Assembly: GCA_002269645.1 (NCBI GenBank)
Contig: NIVC01001368.1
Location: 62,001 to 126,000, forward strand
Source: Macrostomum lignano
Taxonomy: Eukaryota
DNA: 64,000 nucleotides
Reading direction: 5' to 3'
Part shown: positions 51,080 through 63,651 of the stretch, in pieces
Layout of the letters: the number at the start of each line of letters is the position of its first letter
How positions within the stretch are numbered: the stretch's first letter is position 1
Program-made: the position numbers and the translations under genes
Notes under the pieces: model-generated
Seen by the model: only the letters and a program-made list of their open reading frames with translations
Database searches by the model: none
What the model was told of the DNA's origin: nothing

Positions 51080-54000
51080 CTTCCTGGCACTACATTTAAC
51101 TATGCCAAGTACCTACTGAATAGGCTAATATAGTAATATGCATCTTGTCCTTGGTAATACTTAAAGTACTTAAAGTTTGTAAAAAGAAGTATGATTTATC
51201 TATATGTCTACTTTGCTGTTATAAGGACCACCAAGTTCTACAAATGCTAGGGGCCTACACCATGTTTGGAAGGTGACATATATGCTAGGATTTCCTGGCA
51301 TACAACAGGAATACTTGTACTTGCCCTATTTTATTGAATTTTTTTAACTTTCAAAATCTCATTGGAGTCCCTAATAAATATCAGGCATAGTATAAATAGC
51401 TTGGCTTCAAAAATGTGCCTTTTCAAAATTTAAATCTAGATAATCCAAAAATTGGTCATCATTTTAGTACTAAAGACAAATTACTAGTGCCATATTGTTA
51501 GCACTGCCTGGAAGGCATGTTGAGCATGAGTGTTGGTTAGAAATAATATAGTATATTGTTGGTAACTAACCCTAGTTAATTATAACTTTAGATGTTATAA
51601 TTTTAGTGAGCTTTCATATATTAAACTTAAGGTTATATAGCTCAAGTGTAAATTATACTTGTCTAAGAGACTAGGAACCCTATTTGAATAAGTTTAAAAA
51701 GCCTATAGATGTACAACATAGGCTACAAAAATGGTTGCAAATGATTGCAAAGCACTTTTAGCAAGTAACAGTTGATAAGAATGCTATAAATAAAGCATTG
51801 GGACCTCTGGGCTCATACTGCTGGCTATTATAAGTGCAAGAAAACATTTACCCAGTCTAGTTGGAACACCTTAGAAAACAGAGGAATACAAAGGTTGGCA
51901 AGAACATAAAGATAAAGCAGAGGCCTCTAAGCTTGTATATTTAGTGACAAACACTATATCAATAGCTAAATAAAAAACAAAGAGATTTTTTTTAAATGTC
52001 TAAGGTTAACAAGAGCTGGAACATAGGAGCTCCTGCAAAACTAGGCATAAAAAAATTTAAGGCCTAAGCAGGCAGAGAGAGGAAGGCCATTGCACATAGG
52101 AGAATAAAAACCAACACAATAAACAACCCCATGCTAACCCTACAGACCCAGGCATAAACCCAGGCATAAACCTAGCCCCCTATGGGTATTAAACTTAGTC
52201 TGCTCATTAGCATGCCTCAGAGCAAACCAAGGCATTAGTGCCCAACCTAGAAAGAGTGACATTTAAGTAAACAGAGGAACACAGAGATTATAAGAATACA
52301 AAGGCAAAGCAAAAGCCTCCAAAGCCAAGATTAGGGAAAAAAGAAAAAAGAAAATTAAAATCAACAACATTAGCATTAGCATTAGCAGGGGATGTAGAAG
52401 AATGCAAATAACACTAAAATGTGACTTAAACAAGGCACAGACCACCTAAGCAAATAAAACAGATATTGCTGCCATCTGATAAAACTGTGGCAGGTACTGC
52501 TGCATTGCATTGCTTCTTTTCTCTAGCCCCTATTATGCATGACATCCAACATGGGTAGACCTAGTGTCAATACCTAGGTTGCATCCCCTTGTCACAGGCT
52601 GTGGGCAGAGAAGAACTTTTTGCTTGAAATAGGCCATGGCTAGCTTGCTGTTGAAAAAGTGGTCTAGCTGCAGGCCTGTCAGTAAATATTTGTTGTTGGT
52701 GCCACAGCTCCACTAACATGAAGAGGGATACTAGCTGCTTCTTGGTAGCTTGCAGTCCCAACTCACACTTGGTGCCACATAGAAGCAGTGTTGTGGCAGT
52801 ATCCCTAGTCAGGTCTAGCATAGATTTGACTTAGAACCAGAGCAATAGGGAGCTAGCCACAACAGGAAATATCACTAAAGGAGTGCATCCTGGTGCCTAC
52901 AAGGTCAACCAGATAGTTGAGCAATGCTACCACAAGGCAATGGACCAAGTCTTAACTAGATTGCAGACAGAACTTATGCCACTCTAAGACATGTCTATTG
53001 ATGGCTCTCCTTGATATGAGGCACTCAGCAGCAAGGTGGTGTGGTGGCTGATAGTGTCTGAAACAGCTTGGTAGCCTATAAATGAAGGGATACATTAGTG
53101 GCAAGGCAGAAAGAATGCATGTGCAGGTTGCCAATATCCACTAGAACACAGATCTATGATAACAGAGTAAAAAGGTTAAGACTCATGTAGCCAAGAAGCT
53201 GCATCCACAAAAATCTGGTAACTCACCCAACATGTGGAAGGCACAATCACTTATCTTATAGTATAGGCATGAGTATAGCTCACAGTAATATTGTTACTAT
53301 AGACAATGCAAAACATATCTATAGTGCTCAAATGCCAATCAATATGATTGCCTTTGACTATGTTCTTTATTCTCTAATCTCTCCCTTTATTATCTTTACT
53401 CTCTTTATCATTTTTGCCTAGTAGTCCTAGGTAGGCCTAAATTTTATAGAGAATCTCATGATCTCTAGACTCTAGACAATGAAAAAGCAAAACTTATAAG
53501 TAAAACCAATTGTATAATGGGTTGTGTTTTTTTATGTTTCTTAACATTATAAAATAAGTCAACAAGAATTTAAAAAAAAATTATTAAGGTTTAATAAAGA
53601 CAAGATCCTAGTAGACTTCTAACAAGAGCCTCATTGTAGAGAGCTTTATATTTATAGGATATATTTACCATAACATTTTTAGCAAGTGTTTACACTATTA
53701 TGTTTTCAGTCTATAGTAGAATTCTTGCTTTATTTTTTCGAATTTCATGTGGCTCAAAGAGTATAGACTTTAAGTAAAGAGGATAGCCTTTCTAATTAGG
53801 CATGAAAATAATCAAATGGTACAATTTCATAAACCAATTTTGGAATTTATGTAAATGGTAAAGGAGTAGATAGACCTTGGCATCAATATATTAAAAAAAT
53901 GTTTAGGCAACTTTAAGAAAATATTTGTCTATATGCCAATTTGTACAATAAATTATATATTATACAAAAGCAAATTATAATCTGCTAGGCCTATACCACT

Positions 54001-54540
54001 TTCCAGGTACTTCTAAGGCTATTAGGAATTTATTGTGAAACAATAATCATCCATTTTTATACTTTGCTTTTTTATATTGCAATAAAACCTATAGAAATTG
54101 ACATTGCACTTTAGTTACTACTTTAGCATAATTTTGCATATTATTAAATTATTACAAGTATATCTTCATTTATATCTTTTTCAGAATTTTATATGCTTCC
54201 TTGTAAATGTTGTTCGTCTTTGTAAGTAAATATTTAAATAGTTTTTAAGTCAGCTGTATTTGCTATATCAAGCTAATTTTCTCTTATGACTAACATTTTA
54301 GAATTTCATTGCAATTTTGGCAACATTTCTTCACTGTATTCATGCTACAGGAAGGCAGGAGTATAGTTCAGAAATGCCAAGTAGTAAGTATTTTCTATAT
54401 TTTCAACTTTCAAAATATAGTTTTGAAATTTCAAGGGCTGAGATATCTAAGTTTTGAGTACAAATTATAATTCTCTGCTGTATTGTGCCTTTTTGTGTTA
54501 CACACTAAATAACACAAGTGACAAAAAATCCATTTGTCAG

Positions 54541-57500
54541 TTTTGACCATCACTCCGCCATTTGCTCTGCTGGATCACGATAAAACTGTGACCTTCAACT
54601 GCTCTGCTGCCGCTGTGGGACCGGCCATAGACTACAACAGAGTGACTGTGCAGTGCAACCGTCGGCCCCTGCCCATCAGCTGCCAGGCCAGCTACGCCCT
54701 GTATTATTCCAGTCACACCTGCAGCACCAGCCTGCTGGAGTCGGCCGACTGTCTCTGCGTGTCTAGCGGAGACCCATCTGGCAACTCAGCCGATGTGAAA
54801 GCTGCCGTGTCGCACGATGCTGCGATGTACATTGCGTGTAAGTTTTCCCGAAAAGTGCGATATTCGCTATATAAGGAAGCACCAAATTATCGATACCGAA
54901 ATCCATTGCCTGCTGTGATTGGGTAGCAGCTGTGAGCTGCAGCTCACCCTGCTGTGATTGGATAGCAGCTCTGAGCTGCAGCTCACCCTGCTGTGATTGG
55001 GTAGCAGCTGTGAGCTGCAGCTCACCCTGCTGTGATTGGATAGCAGCTCTGAGCTGCAGCTCACCCTGCTGTGATTGGATAGCAGCTCTGAGCTGCAGCT
55101 CACCCTGCTGTGATTGGACGGCAGCTCTGAGCTGCAGCTCACCCTGCTGTGATTGGATAGCAGCTCTGAGCTGCAGCTCACCCTGCTGTGATTGGATAGC
55201 AGCTCTGAGCTGCAGCTCACCCTGCTGTGATTGGACGGCAGCTCTGAGCTGCAGCTCACCCTGCTGTGATTGGACGGCAGCTCTAAGCAATGTTAAGAAT
55301 GCAGAGTAGGAATTGTGGTCCTCACAGTCTCAGCATCGCATTCGCCAGCAGCTAAAGCCGTGCACAGCCTTCAGTTTCGCCTTGCAGTGGCAGAGGCTCT
55401 GCCGTTGCCTGCACATCTGGCCACATTATTGAATTAGCATTCTATAAAGTATTTATTTACACTTCTGTAAAAATTATAAATATCCATACATAAACGGATA
55501 TAACAGATGGGTAAATAGGCAGATAGGCTATTTCAGCCTATTCTACGTGCAGAAGCAGGGCGCCCCACTCTTGGGGTTTTGCGTGCCCAGCAGCTCAGCT
55601 CGGCGTTTCTTCCGATTTCAGCGGCTCCGCAGTCGCCGCGCCTGGCCGCCTGCGAGTGGAACGAGAGCCTCGCCATGGGGTCGCCCTTCGTCTGCGAGCT
55701 GTGGCCCGGCCTGCTGGAGCTCGAGAGCCGCTCCGAGCTGCCTCTGAGAGCCGCCGAGCTTTCGCTAAACGTTAGCTTTAGCCACTGGTCAGCGACTCGG
55801 GTGTTTGTGCATGTCTAGTGCATGTCAGGGAACCTTCCCACCGAGTGAGGAACTCCCTACTCCAGTAAGAATTTTCCCACCGAGAGGAACTCCCTACTCC
55901 AGTAAGAATTTTCCCACCGAGAGGAACTCCCTACTCCAGTAAGAATCTTCCCACCGAGTGAGGAACTCCCTACTCCAGTAAGAATCTACCCACCGAGAGG
56001 AACTCCCTACTCCAGTAAGAATCTACCCACCGAGAGGAACTCCCTACTCCAGTAAGAATCTTCCCACCGAGAGGAACTCCCTACTCCAGTAAGAATCTTC
56101 CCACCGAGAGGAACTCCCTACTCCAGTAAGAATCTACCCACCGAGAGGAACTCCCTACTCCAGTAAGAATCTTCCCACCGAGAGGAACTCCCTACTCCAG
56201 TAAGAATCTACCCACCGAGAGGAACTCCCTACTCCAGTAAGAATCTTCCCACCGAGAGGAACTCCCTACTCCAGTAAGAATCTTCCCACCGAGAGGAACT
56301 CCCTACTCCAGTAAGAATCTTCCCACCGAGAGGAACTCCCTACTCCAGTAAGAATCTACCCACCGAGAGGAACTCCCTACTCCAGTAAGAATCTACCCAC
56401 CGAGAGGAACTCCCTACTCCAGTAAGAATCTTCCCACCGAGAGGAACTCCCTACGCAAACTGCAGGGCAAACGGCTACACGTGGCAGCAGTGCGACATGA
56501 GCGGCGCGTCGGCAGCCCCCAGCATCCTGAATCGCTGCCCCACTGGCCAGTCCCTGTGCTGCGACTGTGACTCTGCAGCCGCGGCCGCTGCCTCCGCCAA
56601 ACCGCAACGCTGCGTCTGGCTCGCTGCCGATTTCGAGGAGTTCGCCAACGACACCCTCCTGGTGCGCCTGGGCGTGTGCAACCGGCTGGGCTGGTGCAGC
56701 AGCAAGCAGCTGGTGCTGGACAGGTCCGACTACAGTGAGTGTTGGGTTTTGGACTGTTATTAAGCCTTTGCATTTGAGTTCGTGTTATTACTATAAGTAG
56801 TAGTGTGAGCAATACAGAGCAAGAATTTTCGTGCTTCACCGATTAAACAATCCCCAGAGCGGCCCCTCCCGCTGCTCCTGAGGAACGTGACCTTCGCGGT
56901 GAGCCCGACCGGTGACTCCGTGCTGGCTTGGCTGCTGCCGCTGCCGCAGCTGCACCACCTCACCAGCGCCTTTGACACGGAGGTTTCGATGACGGCTGGC
57001 AGTCATCTGCTCGCCCGAAACTCCACTCGAACAGTGTCGGCGCCGCTGAGCTTAGCCGTGCCGCCGCTGGCGACTTTGCAGTTCTGCGCCCGCCGGCGAC
57101 CTGTCAATGGCCGGCACTGGAGCCAGCCGACCTGCTTGACTGCTCGCAGCCCACCCGCTCCGCTGCTGTGTCCGCCTGCTCAGGTTTAACTGACATTTTG
57201 ACTGTGCTCAGCCATATATGCCTATCTGCCATATATCTCTGACCTGCATGAATCCGTCTCGGACCTGCATGAATCCATCTTGGACCTGCACGAATCCATC
57301 TCGGACCTGCACGAATCCATCTCGGACCTGCATGAATCCGTCTCGGACCTGCATGAATCCATCTCGGACCTGCATGAATCCGTCTCGGACCTGCACGAAT
57401 CCATCTCGGACCTGCATGAATCCGTCTCGGACCTGCATGAATCCATCTCGGACCTGCATGAATCCGTCTCGGACCTGCACGAATCCATCTCGGACCTGCA

Positions 57501-60238
57501 TGAATCCGTCTCGGACCTGCACGAATCCGTCTCGGACCTGCATGAATCCGTCTCGGACCTGCATGAATCCGTCTCGGACCTGCACGACTCGATCCTTTTT
57601 GCAACCGCATAAATAACTCCCGCTGGATGCCTGATCTCAGCTGCCATTCCGATTCCGCAGTCATTCGTTGACGCAACCTGGCGCTATTTGTGGATCGGCA
57701 TGTCGGAGCTCGGCTGCGTCTCCCACTCGGCCGAGGCCGCCGCCGCATCTGCAGCCGCCAATTTGTCGGCCTGTTCCCCGCCGCTGCCCGAATCCAGCGA
57801 TCTCGTGCAGTGCCGCTGCGAGCGCTGGCCCGGCTACCTACAGCGCCACCCGGCGACCGCCGCTTGCCGTCAGCGACAGTCCGAGGGCTCGGTGGCTCCT
57901 CGGCCAGTCAGCAGCCTGTAGCGAGTTGGTGCAGAAAAATTCAGCTTGATCCTCCTGAGTGAGCCTTCTCCACAGTACTGCATTGCTTTCGGGATCGCAT
58001 GTAACCTGTTGAGCATGAGGGAGACCTGTTAAGCATGAGGGAGACCTGTTAAGCATGAGGGAGACCTGTTAAGCATGAGGGAGACCTGCTAAGCATGAGG
58101 GAGACCTGTTAAGCATGATAGAGACCTGTTAAGCATGATGGAGATCCGTTAAGCATGAGAGAGACCTGTTAAGCATGAGGGAGACCTGTTAAGCATGAGG
58201 GAGACCTGTTAAGCATGAGGGAGACCTGTTAAGCATGATGGAGACCTGTTAAGCATGAGGGAGACCTGTTAAGCATGAGGGAGACCTGTTAAGCATGAGG
58301 GAGACCTGTTAAGCATGAGGGAGACCTGTTAAGCATGATGGAGACCTGTTAAGCATGAGGGAGACTTGTTAAGCATGAGGGAGACCTGTTAAGCATGAGG
58401 GAGACCTGTTAAGCATGAGGGAGACCTGTTAAGCATGAGGGAGACTGGAGGCGGCAGTCGCAGCCAGGGAGGAGACTCTAAGCTTCATCATTCCACCAGT
58501 CCCCGAGCACACATAGTGAGGCCAGTAGCCCAACTACAGTAAGTACCTTGGCTTGGAGACTATTGGGTCTCTGCTACAGCTGTTATATCAACTCTGCCCA
58601 ACTCCACAGCTCCAACGCCTCGTTGACGGGCTCCGGCCTGTCAGCCGCTTCGGGCCTCACTCGCCTGCAGCCGCTGCTGCTGCAGTGCCGCGGCGGCGGC
58701 TCCACCCCGCTGATTTCGGAGGACGGCGCTGCCTGCCAGTCCAACCGGCTGCTGCTGCTGCTGCGCGCCAACTCGTTGTGGCTCTCCGGCCCCCTGATGA
58801 CGCTCAGCTGCTCAGCCGCTGCCAACCGGACCGCGGTGCGCGCCGTGGCTGCTGAATGCTGGGCAGCAGGCGGTGCCAACGCCCACCTGCTGTGCCTGTC
58901 GGTGTCCTCCGACTGCCTCCTGGAGGACGGCGGCCGCTTCCGCTGCCCGAGCTTGGCGTCTCTCGCCCGAGCTCTCGGCTGCCCCTTCGAGTCTCGAACC
59001 AGCGGCGCCGTCTTCCCCCCTTTGCTTCTGCCGCTGATTGTTGCCGTTCTTGTCTGCCCCATTCTGTTGCTGTTTTGCTTTGTGAGGAAAGAAGGTCGTC
59101 CCTGCCTGCGCCGGAATCCGCCAGTTCCTCCTGCCAGAGATTATGGGCCCGAACCTGGCTCTGAGGCCGATCGGGTTAGTCAGTTTGCACTTTTGTCCTG
59201 AGTTGCACTTTTACAGCTTGGATTTTGTTGTAGTCTGAGTTGGATTCTGTTGCAGTCTGAGTTGGATTCTGTTGCAGTCTGAGTTGGATTCTGTTGCAGT
59301 CTGAGCTGGATTCTGTTGCAGTCTGAACTGGATTCTGTTGCAGTCTGAACTGGATTCTGTTACAGTCTGAACTGGATTCTGTTGCAGTCTGAACTGGATT
59401 CTGTTACAGTCTGAACTGGATTCTGTTGCAGTCTGAACTGGATTCTGTTGCAGTCTGAACTGGATTCTGTTGCAGTCTGAACTGGATTCTGTTACAGTCT
59501 GAACTGGATTCTGTTACAGTCTGAACTGGATTCTGTTGCAGTCTGAACTGGATTCTGTTACAGTCTGAGCTGCATTCTGTTGCAGTCTGAGCTGGATTCT
59601 GTTGCAGTCTGAGCTGGATTCTGTTGCAGTCTGAGTTGGATTCTGTTGCAGTCTGAACTGGATTCTGTTGCAGTCTGAGCTGGATTCTGTTGCAGTCTGA
59701 GTTGGATTCTGTTGCAGTCTGAGCTGCATTCTGTTGCAGTCTGAGCTGCATTCTGTTACAGTCTGAGCTGGATTCTGTTACAGTCTGAGCTGCATTCTGT
59801 TACAGTCTGTGCTGGATTCTGTTACAGTCTGAGCTGGATTCTGTTACAGTCTGAGCTGGATTCTGTTGCAGTCTGAGCTGGATTCTGTTGCAGTCTGCAG
59901 ACAATTTGGGTTGCCTCTGAACTAAATGTGTCAGAAGGTCTGGGAGCGGCCAACTCAGAGCTCACGCAAACGTCACCCCGCAGGTGAACTGCAGGTACTC
60001 GCTGTCCAACGTCGCCGGCTGGCACTCGGACCGCACGGAGTCCACGAGGGCCACGAAGGAAGCGGAGAGCCCCAATAGCCAGAGCAAGGCGCTGCGAATG
60101 GGTGAGGCTGCTGTGCTATGGAGGGTAGGCAGTGCCATGCATTGAGTCGGGCAGAGCTGATAATCTCATTAAACAATTTCGCACCTGGCAGAAATCGCAG
60201 AGGGCTACCAGCCCTGGTCGGAGCAGGGCGGCATTTGA
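54541..60238 (+). CDS. Single-pass class-I cytokine receptor-like (gp130/Domeless-like) protein, 5' end missing; inferred exons 54541-54837, 55622-55787, 56466-56734, 56858-57183, 57661-~57905, ~58580-59175, 59984-60101, 60192-60238
   Basis: GC3-rich exons joined by phase-compatible GT-AG sites (two mid junctions uncertain). Ig-like exon; PQSPRLAACEW..FVCELWPG; CNRLGWCSS; FCARRRPVNGRHWSQPT (WSxWS-like position); TM VFPPLLLPLIVAVLVCPILLLFCFV; juxtamembrane RNPPVPPA (Box1-like); C-terminal EGYQPW. Confidence 0.6.
54909..55284 (+). repeat. 39-bp intronic minisatellite, ~9-10 copies
   Basis: Unit CTGAGCTGCAGCTCACCCTGCTGTGATTGGATAGCAGCT. Confidence 0.95.
55838..56452 (+). repeat. 37-bp intronic minisatellite, ~16 copies
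   Basis: Unit CCACCGAGAGGAACTCCCTACTCCAGTAAGAATCTTC. Confidence 0.95.
57240..57586 (+). repeat. 21-bp intronic minisatellite, ~16 copies
   Basis: Unit GGACCTGCATGAATCCGTCTC. Confidence 0.95.
58008..58444 (+). repeat. 20-bp intronic minisatellite, ~22 copies
   Basis: Unit CATGAGGGAGACCTGTTAAG. Confidence 0.95.
59225..59897 (+). repeat. 22-bp intronic minisatellite, ~30 copies
   Basis: Unit GTCTGAACTGGATTCTGTTGCA. Confidence 0.95.
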
Positions 60239-61127
60239 GAAGTGGCGTCTGCTGAACACAGAACCGATTTCAGAAGCTCAAGAATGCTTGCCTTCGGGAG
60301 CCCCAACAGTCATTTCTCTGTGTTTAATCAATTTAATCAATTTTTTATCGAATTTCATAGCCCGTTTTTCAGGCGGGTGTTTTTTAAATAAATTCTTTAC
60401 AGCCCAGTAGTTTTATTATTCATTAGCATCGAAATCTAAACAAAAACTGTACACCGCCATTCTGAAGTATTGATTTTTGCATTTTGCTCTTTGTTGTCAC
60501 AGAAGTCTTCAATGAATGCATGAATTATTTACTGCCTGATTTTGGCCGTCAGTTCGTATTAAGGTGCGATGTATATTTACACTGCAATGAGTCTGATTCG
60601 AATCTCTAAGCACTTGTTTTTACTTTTTACACCCATCATGCCCTCGGTGTTGTCCTGTGTCTGTTGTAATTCGCTGGCTTGCAGACAGCAGCACTTCAAT
60701 TGCATTTTCCCACTGCCTGTTCACGAGCTCCCGCTGACCCGGAGTCATTGAATTGAATGCCTTTGTTTGTTGCAATTTCTGCTTTCATTTTCCCTGGACT
60801 CAGTGGTCCCATTAATGGCTCACTGCATGACTCATTGTGAAATCGCTTCAATTGAGCTCAAGTTATCTCTAATCCGTTTGTTAGTCCGAATTTATTCTCA
60901 AATGGTCTGATTTTCTGGCATCCACAGTAAGTCAATTAAAACCGTGTACAGCGGCCTGCTGGCTTCAATCCATACAGCTGCTGCTGCCATCAAATGAGGC
61001 AAATTTCTGCGTGATCCCACGGCTTGCTCATCTTTTCCCAGGTGATTTGGCGGCTCAATTGATGGCGGTTTGAACGCGACTTTGCTCACCACCAAGGTTG
61101 GGCGAGTATTGGCCGGGGTTCAGCTAC

Positions 61128-61260
61128 TTCCGAGTACCGAGCAGTCTAACCCAGGGCCAGGGGTAACCGAGTACCGAGCTAGCAGTCTAACCCAGGGCCA
61201 GGGGTAACCGAGTACCGAGCTAGCAGTCTAACCCAGGGCCAGGGGTAACCGAGTACCGAG
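61128..61260 (+). repeat. ~41-bp tandem repeat, 3 copies
   Basis: CCGAGTACCGAGCTAGCAGTCTAACCCAGGGCCAGGGGTAA repeated. Confidence 0.85.
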
Positions 61261-63651
61261 TGCAAAAAGACAAAATCAAAAGCGTACTGAACTGTTCAGT
61301 TTTATCTTCAACGTTTTAAAAGTTGATTTCCTACTGCCTTTTCTAGGAAGCAAAATCGAGAATGTTACTCTTAAGGTTTTAATCCCACCAGTCGAGACAA
61401 AACTTGACAGTTCAGTTGCGAATTGTTGTTTTTTTGTGCTTGCTCGTACCGTACACGTCAAAACACGCCCACCCCTAGGTCATCACTCAGTAACTGCAAA
61501 CTAAATATAACCACTTGCCTGCACTCGTCTTGTTTGGTTTGAAATCCACCTATACTAAATGTCTAAGATTTGTCTGTCCATTTCATATACTAAAATTCAT
61601 ATGATGGGTTTTGACCTTTCAGGCCCCTTGTGGGGAAGCCTTCGGGCCTCAGGTCTCAGAAATAAATCAATTAGAGTCCTGGCCCCCCACTCCTGTCAGA
61701 TGGTCAGCCCCATGGTAGCTTGATCGTGTGGCGAGCAGTCTAGGTCCTATAGCTAAGAGAGGGACAGCGAGAGACAAGCAGGGAGAATTCTGAAGGTAGA
61801 AATTAGCTAATCCGCAGACTAAGCTAACTCGCTGCCACCAGCCCGTGCGTCCTGGCTCACCACACCGGGACTCTCGAAATCGGGCTTCCGACTAGAAGGG
61901 GCTTTGCGCTTACCTGCCAACTAGTGTCTTTTTGCTGTCTATCTCGAAGTCATAGCCGATGATAAGGGACACTGCTGGGACTAGATCGCATTGGCCATGC
62001 AGGTACAGAGGGGACTTGTGCAGGGGATTCTTGCAGTGGCGAGTCTATGGGGTAGCTACATGTACTATTACATTGCTAAATACGAAGATATGTACTTTTG
62101 GCCTTCAACGCGCCAACTAGCCTCTCATAGCGCTGATGATAGACTAACTCGAACTTCAGAGACCGCATGATTCAGTACCCGAGCCGCTTGGCGAACCTGG
62201 AGTGCACAAAGTACATCTCCGGCGCCGATTTTGCACTATTGGCAATTTTGCTCACCGATTTGGTAGATCGATCGACTGAGAACTGCCTTGCCATTGGTCC
62301 ACTGTGACCGGCGCCTACTAGCTTAGCTACTCATCTGAACCATTGGCGAACAAAGAAATAAAACCGATAAAAATAACTGTCAGATTTAACCTTCTCCTTA
62401 AATCACTTCACACTTCAGATCGAATTCAGTTTTTCAGTAGCAGACTACTAGCAGCTAATGTTCGCCTAATCCAGCTACTGAAACAGGGGACAGATAGGGC
62501 ACCCAATCAAGCAAGTCTACTGAAACCAGATAGGGGGTCACCCAATCAAGCAAGTCTAGGTAGCCTCTCACCCAACCAATCAGAAACTCAACAGCCGGAG
62601 ACCAGGTAATCCACAGTGACCGAATCGGATTGATGCTTCGCAGCTGTAGACTCGGGATGATGCTGACACAATCCACCTGCGCCTGACACAACTGAGTGAG
62701 GCGCAGGTGGCTGTCAGATAAACTTTGAAAGCGATGATTTACGACCCAAAAAGCTGCGCCTGTTATTATGACTACTAGTATGACCAAACATTATATCTAG
62801 TACAGATTCTATGACAATTCGCAGAAAAAGAATAAAAATGCCCTTAGCCTGCTGTCAGTAGGCTAGTAAGTTTAGAGCCCATGTGCTAGCGCGGGATTTG
62901 GGAAAAAGTGCGTCCTCATCACATACCTAAATATCTACTGAGTCTATTTATCAAGTGCTGCATGCACAGTATAGCACCGTGCTGCTTTGTTGAGGAAGCG
63001 TTTGCCGTTAGGGAACGCTGTGCATGCTCTGATCTGAGGATTTTAACCTAACTTTATTATTAACTTTAAACTAATAAAACTACTATATGATTAGAACAGG
63101 CCCTGCTCAAGGCATGTACGTAGAGTGTCTAGTTAGCATCTGGGACACTGTTCTCATTCTTAACTTTCACTTTCTTAACTTCGTGAATCGTTTTTTGTAA
63201 GGATTTTTGAAAATGACACTCATTTGTGCCATGATGTATCAGCATTAGAAGCAATGAATTCAAAATTGGACACATGTGCAACTTTATTAATGACTACGCA
63301 AGGCACTAGCCTCTGAACTAGCAGTATGTATTAGCGATTAGCTAGAGAAGCTAAAGGCTTAACGAACTCGAAACCGCAGTAGCGATCGCACAGGACAAAA
63401 AAGCAGCAAAGCGGTAAGCAAATTTGTAAAACAGAGAAGCGAATGAAAAGTCGATCAAGAGCGAAACTCCTGCAGGCGAAACAATGAAGCCTCTCGGGTT
63501 TGGGCAAAATTGAACAGCATTTTGACTGAAATGACAAGCAACATCCGTCTAAATTGTGATCTGCTGCATAGGGCAGCGCAGATTGTTAAGGCAATTTAAA
63601 AAGCAGACTGCAACTATAGTATTTGTCATGCCATCTCAGCCTAGAGACATC

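Noticed and set aside
57104-57748. Repeat-derived ORFs (DLHESVS, RTCMNPS etc.)
   Set aside because: The 21-bp intronic repeat is open in many frames; the inferred exons splice around it.
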